The notes: generated by a model from the letters alone, not told the origin. Numbered from the stretch's first letter, positions 1-7,137 are shown. The stretch is DNA of 26,408 bases from a virus (IMGVR_UViG_3300011334_000072:1-26408), one strand, 5' to 3'. Numbers and translations: made by a program.

Positions 1-102
1 ATGCACTGCAAAACTCAAGGGTATATTAAATTTATAAATTCTTTAGTTACATTTGATTGTTATATTGATATTGATGGAACTATTAAACCGAACGAAAAAT
101 GA
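1..102 (+). CDS. 3' end of a hypothetical phage protein (probably truncated by the window edge)
   Basis: Frame 1 is open from base 1 (MHCKTQGYIKF...IKPNEK*). Its TGA at 100-102 overlaps the ATG at 99 (ATGA coupling). Confidence 0.6.
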   Translation: MHCKTQGYIKFINSLVTFDCYIDIDGTIKPNEK

Positions 103-755
103 AAAAAGTATTAATAGCTTGTGAAGAAAGCCAAGCAGTTACAATTGCATTTAGAAAATTAGGATTTGAAGCATATAGTTGTGATATTTTACCTTGCACT
201 GGAGGACATCCCGAATGGCATTATCAACAAGATATATTTGAAGTAATAGATAAAGGTTGGGATTTAATGATTGCTCATCCTCCTTGCACTTATCTTTCAG
301 TTAGTGGAGCAAAGCACCTTTACAATAAAGATGGCAGTCCTAACGAAGAAAGATATAATAATCAAAGAAAGGCTTTACTTTTTGTTAAAAAATTAATGGA
401 TGCAAATATTACAAGTATTGCAATTGAGAATCCAATTAGTGTAATATCAAGTAAACTATGCAAGCCTGACCAAATAGTTCAGCCATATTGGTTTGGGGAT
501 TCAGCAAGCAAAAGCACTTGTTTATGGCTTAAAAATCTTCCTAAATTAGAGCCAACTGATATGGTCGATAAAGGACAGTTTAAAGAATGGATTGGTAAGA
601 ATGGTAAAATTAAAAAACAACCTATGTGGTATTATGAAGCTTTACAAAAAGCAAAGACTACCGAAGAGCGTAGAGGATTAAGAAGCAAAACATTTCAAGG
701 CATAGCAGATGCAATGGCTGACCAATGGGGAAAGTATATTTTAAACCAACAATAA
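99..755 (+). CDS. Atypical DNA cytosine-5 methyltransferase-like protein
   Basis: Catalytic motif IV-like AHPPCT and motif VI-like IENP are present. The N-terminal VLIACEES/YSCD strand replaces the canonical FxGxG. The C-terminal RSKTFQGIADAMADQWG resembles motif X. Confidence 0.75.
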   Translation: MKKVLIACEESQAVTIAFRKLGFEAYSCDILPCTGGHPEWHYQQDIFEVIDKGWDLMIAHPPCTYLSVSGAKHLYNKDGSPNEERYNNQRKALLFVKKLMDANITSIAIENPISVISSKLCKPDQIVQPYWFGDSASKSTCLWLKNLPKLEPTDMVDKGQFKEWIGKNGKIKKQPMWYYEALQKAKTTEERRGLRSKTFQGIADAMADQWGKYILNQQ

Positions 756-756
756 A

Positions 757-966
757 ATGAAAAGAAAACTAATTTATGGAACTGCACTAGCATTAATTTG
801 CTATGCTTATTTTTACGCTCTGAAAAATAAACAGACAATAGAAAAAAAATCAGAGCCAAAGTGGGTATTCGGAATTTCCGAATCTGAGGATATTTACACA
901 GATACTATTGATTTAAGTTTATACACAAGTCACGGAAGATTAAAATATAACAAAAATGACAACTAA
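757..966 (+). CDS. Small hypothetical protein with N-terminal hydrophobic anchor
   Basis: 69-aa ORF starting 1 nt after the previous stop, with hydrophobic stretch LIYGTALALICYAYFYAL. Confidence 0.65.
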   Translation: MKRKLIYGTALALICYAYFYALKNKQTIEKKSEPKWVFGISESEDIYTDTIDLSLYTSHGRLKYNKNDN

Positions 967-1162
967 AAAAACAAAGTTAAGCCTGGAAACTGATGGCAAA
1001 ATTATTTCGGTTGAGTTTGACCATATTGATGTTGACTTGGATGACTATTTTCAAGCGCTTAAAACTTTAGTAATTGGTGCAACATTTACCGAAACTCAGT
1101 TTGAGCATTGGATAATTGATGAGGCTGAAGTGATTAGTGAATATCTGCATAACCAAAAATAG
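956..1162 (+). CDS. Small acidic hypothetical protein
   Basis: 68-aa ORF overlapping the upstream gene, A-rich start context. Confidence 0.65.
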   Translation: MTTKKTKLSLETDGKIISVEFDHIDVDLDDYFQALKTLVIGATFTETQFEHWIIDEAEVISEYLHNQK

Positions 1163-1164
1163 AA

Positions 1165-1391
1165 TTTACAAAAAGCATACAAATTGTAAAATATCTTTAA
1201 TGTTATTGTTGGAAAATTCCGTCATTAAATGAGAAAATGTTACATAGTGAGGGTAATATCCGACAAATTATGTCACAAAATTTAATATAATTGTGACACA
1301 TTTATATGCCAAATTCTATAATATGCTCAATTTTAAGTATTTTATATGCACAAAGGTATAATTTACGCACAACATGGTTTTATAATTAACC
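1165..1391. repeat. Non-coding array of closely packed, mostly different imperfect palindromes (candidate protein-binding sites)
   Basis: TTTACAA-N12-TTGTAAA (1165-1190); TGnnGGAA-AA-TTCCnnCA (1207-1224); TTAC-N9-GTAA (1240-1256); GACA-N5-TGTC (1262-1274); TGTCACAA-N12-TTGTGACA (1271-1298); TTATA-N10-TATAA twice (1302-1321, 1342-1361); ATGCTCAATTTTAAGTAT (1323-1340); GGTT-N8-AACC (1376-1391). Confidence 0.6.
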
Positions 1392-1400
1392 CACTAAAAA

Positions 1401-1625
1401 ATGAAGAAAATTAAATTAATGCACTACCAGCTAGATGGTGAAATATGTATTGTAGATTATAACGATTTAAAAGTTTCCTATTATGGAAACAAAGGTCATC
1501 ACTACAATTTACTAGGAGCGGTAAGCGATAGGATTGAGGCATTCTTAATGCGTAGAAATTGGAGTAAGATTTCAGCCGATACATTTGCCAAATTGAAGTT
1601 AGATATTGATAATGTCAAAGCATGA
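1401..1625 (+). CDS. Hypothetical protein
   Basis: 74-aa ORF with A-rich leader (TAAAAAATG), coupled to the next gene by ATGA. Confidence 0.7.
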   Translation: MKKIKLMHYQLDGEICIVDYNDLKVSYYGNKGHHYNLLGAVSDRIEAFLMRRNWSKISADTFAKLKLDIDNVKA

Positions 1626-1972
1626 GGAACGAACACGAACACAAACTTCAGGTGGCAATTTGCAAATGGTTAGACTGGACTCAGGACTTTTACTATTATG
1701 CGATACCAAACGGAGGTGCAAGGCATAGGCTTGTTGCTATCAAATTAAAGATGGAAGGAGCAAAGGCTGGAGTGGCTGATATGTTTTGGATGGTTTCAAA
1801 TAAACGATGGAAAGGATTATTTGTCGAGGTCAAGATTGAGAAAGGAACTCAGCAACCAAATCAAAAAGCATTTGAGCAGATAGCCATTAATCACGGTTAT
1901 TATTATGCAATTGTAAGATCGATTGAAGACTGCGAGAGTTTAATTCGAAGATTTAGATTAGATGAGATTTGA
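1622..1972 (+). CDS. VRR-NUC domain nuclease (PD-(D/E)xK, Holliday-junction-resolvase-like)
   Basis: E(H)xLQ start, AIPNGG, GxxAGVADM, FVEVK and QxxxQKAF motifs typical of phage VRR-NUC proteins. Confidence 0.85.
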   Translation: MRNEHEHKLQVAICKWLDWTQDFYYYAIPNGGARHRLVAIKLKMEGAKAGVADMFWMVSNKRWKGLFVEVKIEKGTQQPNQKAFEQIAINHGYYYAIVRSIEDCESLIRRFRLDEI

Positions 1973-2181
1973 AAGATAACCATTTAAGTGCTATCAAATG
2001 GATTACAATGAGATTACAACGACCTACGATTCAAGTAGTTATCGACTGCGCTACCTATCACGACTTGAATTATAGCCTTGAAATAAACCTAAATCGAATT
2101 AAAATGGAAAGCGGTGCTTCATATCCAGCATACCGACAAACAAAAAAAATTAAGGATTATTTGGAATTGCACGGATTATAA
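1969..2181 (+). CDS. Hypothetical protein
   Basis: 70-aa ORF whose TTG start overlaps the previous TGA (TTGA). Confidence 0.6.
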   Translation: MKDNHLSAIKWITMRLQRPTIQVVIDCATYHDLNYSLEINLNRIKMESGASYPAYRQTKKIKDYLELHGL

Positions 2182-2195
2182 TGTAAACTTTGCAA

Positions 2196-2426
2196 ATGGA
2201 AAAGATTAATTATCAAGGAGTTATAAAAGAAGAGGTCAATCATCCTGAGCATTATCAGGGAAATGGCATAGAGGTCATTGACATAATTGATGCATTCGAC
2301 CTTAATTTTAATCTTGGCAATTCAATTAAATACATACTTCGAGCTGATAAAAAAGGATTTAAAAAGAAAGATTTAAGTAAAGCAGTTTGGTATTTAAATC
2401 GGGAACTCGAAAAGTGGAAAGGTTAA
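2196..2426 (+). CDS. DUF3310 / SaV-like phage protein
   Basis: VNHPEHY, IEVIDII, FNLGNSIKYILRA and DLxKAxWYL signature motifs. ATG at 2196 is preferred to TTG at 2190. Confidence 0.85.
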   Translation: MEKINYQGVIKEEVNHPEHYQGNGIEVIDIIDAFDLNFNLGNSIKYILRADKKGFKKKDLSKAVWYLNRELEKWKG

Positions 2427-2512
2427 TTTGGGAAGCCATTGCGGTTGGAATAATCGAGGTGGCTTTTATCGTTTATTTTATTTTTGAGATAATCAGAAAA
2501 TCAAAGGAATGA
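2414..2512 (+). CDS. Small single-pass membrane peptide (32 aa), not in the ORF track
   Basis: GTG start, MERLIWEAIAVGIIEVAFIVYFIFEIIRKSKE*. Fills the gap exactly and its TGA overlaps the ATG at 2509. Confidence 0.55.
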   Translation: MERLIWEAIAVGIIEVAFIVYFIFEIIRKSKE

Positions 2513-3021
2513 CCAGGTCGCAAATCATTGAGGAACTTTACAATTCAAAGGAGATTAAACAAGCCTTGATGAAAATGCAACCAGCAAATCTGAGGGAAGA
2601 ATTAAAGCAAGAAATGTTTTTAAATCTTTGCTCAATTTCAGAAGACAAATTTTGGTCGATATACAATAACAACGGAACGAGTGGATTAAAATATTGGTTG
2701 GTCAGATGTATGCTAAATATGATTTATAGTACTGGAATGAATCAACCATTCTTTAGGCATTTTAGAGCCAAGTTTGAAAGCATAGATGAGGTTCACGAAT
2801 TAGTGCAGATTGAAGACGAATCAAAGGAATACAAAGAAAAGCTATTTAATCGAGTGGAGGTAGCACGAAAAGAATTAAGCTGGTATGAAGATATGCTACT
2901 TGATACATACGTTGAATTGAATTTTAATCAGACTGAGATTTCGAGAAAGACTGGCATACCATATATGTCCATTGTCAAAACAATTTCAAACATTAAAAAG
3001 AAGATAAGGGATGAAGCCTGA
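2509..3021 (+). CDS. ECF/sigma-70-like phage transcription factor (candidate late sigma factor)
   Basis: Region-2-like helix (EELKQEMFLNL) and region-4 HTH (LSWYE...NQTEISRKTGIPYMSIVKTISNIKKKIR). Lies just upstream of the late genes. Confidence 0.7.
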   Translation: MTRSQIIEELYNSKEIKQALMKMQPANLREELKQEMFLNLCSISEDKFWSIYNNNGTSGLKYWLVRCMLNMIYSTGMNQPFFRHFRAKFESIDEVHELVQIEDESKEYKEKLFNRVEVARKELSWYEDMLLDTYVELNFNQTEISRKTGIPYMSIVKTISNIKKKIRDEA

Positions 3022-3193
3022 TGAGAAAGCAAAAAGTTTGTTGATTAATTCCCTTTATTTTTGTGGTAATAAAGCACTTGCTTTTGAATTAGCTTTGTAC
3101 ATTTGTTCATTATTACTTGAGCAGAAACTAAAGGCAGATGACCAGGCATATTGGAGTTTAGTTAAGGACGAAATTTACCAAACAAATAGATGA
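3011..3193 (+). CDS. Hypothetical protein
   Basis: 60-aa ORF coupled on both sides. MKPxEKAK...YWxxVKxEI pattern recalled from small phage proteins. Confidence 0.65.
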   Translation: MKPDEKAKSLLINSLYFCGNKALAFELALYICSLLLEQKLKADDQAYWSLVKDEIYQTNR

Positions 3194-3417
3194 TAACTAT
3201 AATCGCAGCCGTTTCCTTTGCAGTCTTTTTTACGATGACAAATCTTTATCAGTCATTCGGACTAAACTTTAAGCCGTTTAGTTGCACTCCTTGTCTAAGT
3301 ACCTGGAGCTCAATCGTTTTAATTGTCGTTCCTTTGCAGTTCCAAGAATGGATTGCAATTGTTTTTAGTTCAGGAATATTAGGTGCAGTCATTTATCGAT
3401 TAATTAATAAACTATGA
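3190..3417 (+). CDS. Small membrane protein with CxxC (DUF1360-like)
   Basis: Two to three hydrophobic segments around KPFSCTPCLSTW. Confidence 0.65.
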   Translation: MITIIAAVSFAVFFTMTNLYQSFGLNFKPFSCTPCLSTWSSIVLIVVPLQFQEWIAIVFSSGILGAVIYRLINKL

Positions 3418-3698
3418 CCGAGCAAGAAATAGCATTTATAGAAGCCAATATTATAAACTTTGAGGCAGTTGCTTTAGGGTTTACTAAAAACATAGAAAGA
3501 GAAATACTTGAGGAGTATGCGAATTTATATCGTAAATATGTCAACAAGGATTTTAATTTCAATTCGTGGTGTGGCTCTTGCGTCTTTGATATGCTTAAAA
3601 GATTGTCAGCACATTACGAAGGATTAAAGTATATTGCCAAACTCAACCAACCAAAACCAAACGATGTCCAAACTAAGAATCTGCGCAGTCGGAAGTAG
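3414..3698 (+). CDS. Hypothetical protein with CxxC motif
   Basis: 94-aa ORF, ATGA-coupled, contains WCGSCV. Confidence 0.7.
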   Translation: MTEQEIAFIEANIINFEAVALGFTKNIEREILEEYANLYRKYVNKDFNFNSWCGSCVFDMLKRLSAHYEGLKYIAKLNQPKPNDVQTKNLRSRK

Positions 3699-4680
3699 AC
3701 ATTCAGGAGTTACTTACCATCGCCTGGCATTGCCTTTGTCGGTAATGCAAAAGGAGTACTGCATTATCACAGATACGATGACCGAAGAGATGCTTATTGA
3801 GAAGTCAATAAACGTGGTTGTCGTTAATCGTTTTTGTGAATTGATACCATTGCCTGAATTATTAAAATGGAAGGCTAAGATTGGCTTTAAATTGGTTGTG
3901 GATATTGATGACTATTGGGAATTGTTTAGCCAGCATTTATCTGCGCCTACATATCGGTCTTTAGGAGTAACTCAAGTTATTAAGAATTATATCAAGGTAG
4001 CTGATATTGTTACGACAACTCATAACCGATTGAGGATTGAGATAGTAAAGATTAATCCTAATTGCTTTGTTTTGCCTAATGCTTTGCCATTTGACAAAGA
4101 CCAATTTACTGCGACAAGAAATGTAAACGAATTTGTTAACATTGCACATACGGGGAGCATAACTCATTTTCCTGATATGAGGCAATTAAAGAATCCGATT
4201 AGAGAATTAGCCAAGTCAAAATCATTTAAGGAGTCAACACGAATGCTTCTATGTGGATGGAATAAGTTTAATGAATTTCATTGGAAACAGATGGGCGATT
4301 GGTTTACTGCTGGCGAGAAACTAAACTATAAAATTCTTGAATCAATGCCAGTAGATTTATATATGAATTTTTATAACGAGGCTGATATATTATTAACTCC
4401 TTTATTAGATAATAAATTCAATCGATTAAAATCAAATCTAAAGGCATTAGAAGCTGGTGCTAAACGGATTCCAATAATGGCTATTAAAAGAGCGCCATAC
4501 GATGACATTCCAACGGTGTGTTGGGTTGATAATTGGGAACGAGATATTAAACGAATGGCATTTAGTTCACAAATGAGAACGGATTTTGGCGAGTCAAATG
4601 CCGAATATGTACGGGAACATTATGACCTATTTAAAATTAATGAAGATAGATTTGCTATTTATTCTAAACTAATAGAATAA
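3664..4680 (+). CDS. GT-B fold (GT4-like) glycosyltransferase
   Basis: GVTYHRLALP, VVDIDDYW, VLPNAL, GSITHxxD and FNxxKSNLKALEAG motifs. ATG at 3664 is preferred to TTG at 3634. Confidence 0.85.
   Translation: MSKLRICAVGSRHSGVTYHRLALPLSVMQKEYCIITDTMTEEMLIEKSINVVVVNRFCELIPLPELLKWKAKIGFKLVVDIDDYWELFSQHLSAPTYRSLGVTQVIKNYIKVADIVTTTHNRLRIEIVKINPNCFVLPNALPFDKDQFTATRNVNEFVNIAHTGSITHFPDMRQLKNPIRELAKSKSFKESTRMLLCGWNKFNEFHWKQMGDWFTAGEKLNYKILESMPVDLYMNFYNEADILLTPLLDNKFNRLKSNLKALEAGAKRIPIMAIKRAPYDDIPTVCWVDNWERDIKRMAFSSQMRTDFGESNAEYVREHYDLFKINEDRFAIYSKLIE
4654..4662 (+). promoter_or_regulatory. GCTATTTAT motif, candidate phage late promoter
   Basis: Exact copy of the recurring 9-mer, 19 nt before the ATG at 4682. 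Confidence 0.45.
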
Positions 4681-4681
4681 G

Positions 4682-5428
4682 ATGCCAGTAATTAAATGTT
4701 CAAATTCGAAATGGCGCATCGGGAACGGTGCTTGTATTTATGAAACGGAAGAAAAAGCAACTGAAGTATGGAAGGCTATATTGGCAAGCGGAGAATACCG
4801 TGCAGATATTAACAAGGTTTCTTTTGATTTCGATGACACATTGTCTACGGCAAGAGGTCAAGAGATTGCGAAAAGGGTTATCAGGGAAGGTAAAGAAGTT
4901 TATATTATAACCAGGAGAAATGAATACAATTCGGCTGAGGTTTATCGTATGGCTGAAAGATTAGGGATATTAAAGTCAAGAGTTTATTTTACTAATGGAC
5001 AATACAAATGGATGACAATTAAACGTTTAGGTATTGGAACTCATTACGATAATAACCAAAAGGAGATTGATTTAATTAAGATTAATACCGATACGAAAGC
5101 AATGAAATTTGCATTTGTAGATTCTTACAATGATTATCCTGAGGCAGCGGTTAATAATGCTAAACGTGCTTTAAAATGGGCAGATGAAAATGGTTGGGGA
5201 GAATGTGGAACTCCAGTAGGTAAAGCAAGAGCAAATCAATTAGCAAATAAAGAGAACATTACAAGGGATACGATTGCAAGAATGGCTTCGTTTAAAAGGC
5301 ATCAACAAAATAAAGATGTTAAATATGGCGAAGGATGTGGAGGCTTGATGTGGGATGCTTGGGGAGGTACTGAAGGAATTGAATGGGCAATAAGAAAACT
5401 TGAGCAAATAGATAATGCCAGCAACTGA
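4682..5428 (+). CDS. Fusion protein: short N-terminal domain, HAD-like domain, and a C-terminal Trp/Gly/Cys-rich domain
   Basis: HAD motif I SFDFDDTLS, IITRR, K and HYDN. A separate C-terminal block reads SYNDYP...GWGECGTPVGKARANQLA...GCGGLMWDAWGG. Confidence 0.65.
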   Translation: MPVIKCSNSKWRIGNGACIYETEEKATEVWKAILASGEYRADINKVSFDFDDTLSTARGQEIAKRVIREGKEVYIITRRNEYNSAEVYRMAERLGILKSRVYFTNGQYKWMTIKRLGIGTHYDNNQKEIDLIKINTDTKAMKFAFVDSYNDYPEAAVNNAKRALKWADENGWGECGTPVGKARANQLANKENITRDTIARMASFKRHQQNKDVKYGEGCGGLMWDAWGGTEGIEWAIRKLEQIDNASN

Positions 5429-5948
5429 CAAAGAATTTTTTGATTATGAATTAAGCATCGGAGTTACTCCTGAGAATCCTGACTATTTTAATTTAATGAA
5501 CGGAGTTGCTAACATCATAAAGAATTATTCAAGAAATATAATTGAGATAGGCGCTGGGGTGGGAACATTAGGCGAATGTTTGATTCAAAAAGGTTGCGAT
5601 TATTATGGCATTGAGCCAAATAAGTTTCATAGGGATTTTTCTTATTCAAGAGGCATCGTTTTAAATGACTTATGTAATTATCCTAACCATTGCCAAATGA
5701 TTGTTAGTATCGAAGTATTTGAGCATTTAACCGATGAGCAGATAAGAGATTATTTAAGCAATATTGAATGCCAATACTTTTACTTTTCATCGACTCCATA
5801 TACAACAACGGAAGAATTTGATAAATGGTGGGGGCATATTAACATTAAATCTGAAGAAGAGTGGATTAAACTATTCTCAGAATTTAAATTTACATTAGAT
5901 AAAAAATTAATTATACCGACCGAGTGGTCATTACTTTTTAAAAAATGA
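5415..5948 (+). CDS. Class I SAM-dependent methyltransferase
   Basis: IEIGAGVG motif I, YGIEPN motif II, SIEVFEHL, GHINIK. Confidence 0.85.
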   Translation: MPATDKEFFDYELSIGVTPENPDYFNLMNGVANIIKNYSRNIIEIGAGVGTLGECLIQKGCDYYGIEPNKFHRDFSYSRGIVLNDLCNYPNHCQMIVSIEVFEHLTDEQIRDYLSNIECQYFYFSSTPYTTTEEFDKWWGHINIKSEEEWIKLFSEFKFTLDKKLIIPTEWSLLFKK

Positions 5949-6484
5949 ATATAACAACAACCAAATTGACCGACATAAAGTCGAATCCAAACAATCCAAG
6001 AATTATCAAGGATGACAAATTTAAAAAGTTAGTAGCATCAATTAAGGAATTTCCTCAGATGCTATCTTTAAGACCTATTGTCGTAAACGATGATATGATT
6101 GTACTTGGTGGGAATATGAGGCTAAAGGCTTGTAAAGAAGCTGGACTAAAAGAAATTCCAGTAATAAAAGCAAGTGATTTAAACGAAGAACAACAGAAGG
6201 CATTTATTATTAAAGACAATGTTGGATATGGAGAATGGGATTGGGATATGCTTGCAAATGAATGGGATGCTGAGGAGTTAGTTGAGTGGGGTTTAGATAT
6301 ACCTAATTTTGTAATTGAACCTAATGCAGATGAATTACTTGGAGAGGATAAGAATAATCCAGCTACAATGAAAATAACCTTTGAAAGTGTAGAGCAATTA
6401 CAACAAGCAGAAAACGATATTAGAGAATTAATTGATAGAAAATATAAAGGCGCTTATTTTTCAGTTTCAGCAGGAGAAATATGA
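5945..6484 (+). CDS. ParB/Srx N-terminal-domain protein
   Basis: NPNNPR, LVASIKEF, RPIVV, LGGNMRLKA and IKDN...GEWDWDML motifs. Confidence 0.85.
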   Translation: MNITTTKLTDIKSNPNNPRIIKDDKFKKLVASIKEFPQMLSLRPIVVNDDMIVLGGNMRLKACKEAGLKEIPVIKASDLNEEQQKAFIIKDNVGYGEWDWDMLANEWDAEELVEWGLDIPNFVIEPNADELLGEDKNNPATMKITFESVEQLQQAENDIRELIDRKYKGAYFSVSAGEI

Positions 6485-7083
6485 GATTAGAAAAAGCATC
6501 TAATAAAGCAATAAAATTTGCTTGCTTAAATTTCCATTATGCTAAAGCAGTTCCAACTTATTCAATTGGTTATGCAGTTTTTAATAATAATAACGAATGG
6601 TGTGGAGTAGTTTTATTTGGCGGAGGCGCTTCGGTTAATATGCCAACAAAATTTAATTTAAAAAATGGTCAATATTTAGAATTAAATAGAATGGCTTTAA
6701 ATGGCAAGCAATCTTCTACAAGTAAAGTTTTATCAATTGCAATTAAATTAATAAAAAAAGAATGTCCAACCATAAAGATACTATTTAGTTACGCAGATAA
6801 AGGGCAAAATCATAATGGTATTATTTATCAAGCAACCAATTGGATTTATATAGAAAATATTGAAAGTAGCGGTACTGAATATTTTTTAGATGGAACTTGG
6901 AAACACGACAGAGGTAGATATAATTGGTCGGTAGATTTTAAAAAATTACCTAAAAGAAAGAAGGCTGGTAAACACAAATATGTTTATCCTTTAGATAAAA
7001 GTTTATTAGAGATTTGTAATAAACTTAAAAAACCTTATCCTAAAAATTTGAGCGATAAGGTAGAATCGAACTCCCCTTCTTGA
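6481..7083 (+). CDS. Mom-like (GNAT-fold) DNA adenine hypermodification enzyme
   Basis: NFHY, GVVLFG, LELNRM, SYADxxQxHxGIIYQATNWxY, KHKYVYPL and terminal PYPK motifs characteristic of Mu Mom-like proteins. Confidence 0.8.
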   Translation: MRLEKASNKAIKFACLNFHYAKAVPTYSIGYAVFNNNNEWCGVVLFGGGASVNMPTKFNLKNGQYLELNRMALNGKQSSTSKVLSIAIKLIKKECPTIKILFSYADKGQNHNGIIYQATNWIYIENIESSGTEYFLDGTWKHDRGRYNWSVDFKKLPKRKKAGKHKYVYPLDKSLLEICNKLKKPYPKNLSDKVESNSPS

Positions 7084-7120
7084 CTGGTTGCCAAGTGTGC
7101 TACCACTACACTATTATCGC
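7051..7120 (-). tRNA. tRNA-Gly-like RNA (anticodon ACC), non-canonical, probably not used in translation
   Basis: Minus strand folds as GCGATAA TA GTGT AGTGGTA GCAC A CTTGG CAACCAG TCAAG AAG GGGAG TTCGATT CTACC TTATCGC T. It has a 7/7 acceptor stem, D-loop GG, T-loop TTCGATT and U73. Atypical features are A33, A34, a 3-nt variable region, a G51-A63 mismatch and no encoded CCA. Confidence 0.8.
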
Positions 7121-7129
7121 ATTGATTAA

Positions 7130-7137
7130 CAAATATA
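7130..7137 (-). promoter_or_regulatory. Bacteroidota-type -7 promoter element (TAnnTTTG) for the tRNA-like gene
   Basis: Minus-strand TATATTTG lies 9 nt upstream of G1. Upstream TTTG copies are 16 and 24 nt away, not at the usual ~19-21 nt. Confidence 0.55.

Noticed and set aside
1211-1220. GGAAAATTCC as a Bacteroidota LexA box
   Set aside because: The spacer is N4, whereas I recall the box as GGA-N5-TCC.
1165-1391. CRISPR array or dif site in the intergenic gap
   Set aside because: No identical repeats with spacers, and no convincing XerC/XerD arms.
48-3105. Plus-strand TACATTTG hits at 48, 1580 and 3098 as host promoters
   Set aside because: All are inside coding regions with absent or off-spacing upstream elements, and are plausible by chance in AT-rich DNA.
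3961-4185. Minus-strand 74-aa ORF
   Set aside because: Shadow of the glycosyltransferase gene with no recognisable motif.
4728-5431. Alternative-frame ORF 4728-4910 (+) and ORF 5240-5431 (-)
   Set aside because: Both lie within the 4682-5428 gene and have no protein-like features.
7052-7120. GCGATAA/TTATCGC inverted repeat as an invertible segment or attP site
   Set aside because: It is fully explained as the acceptor stem. No recombinase is in the window, and the element is diverged rather than an exact tRNA 3' copy.
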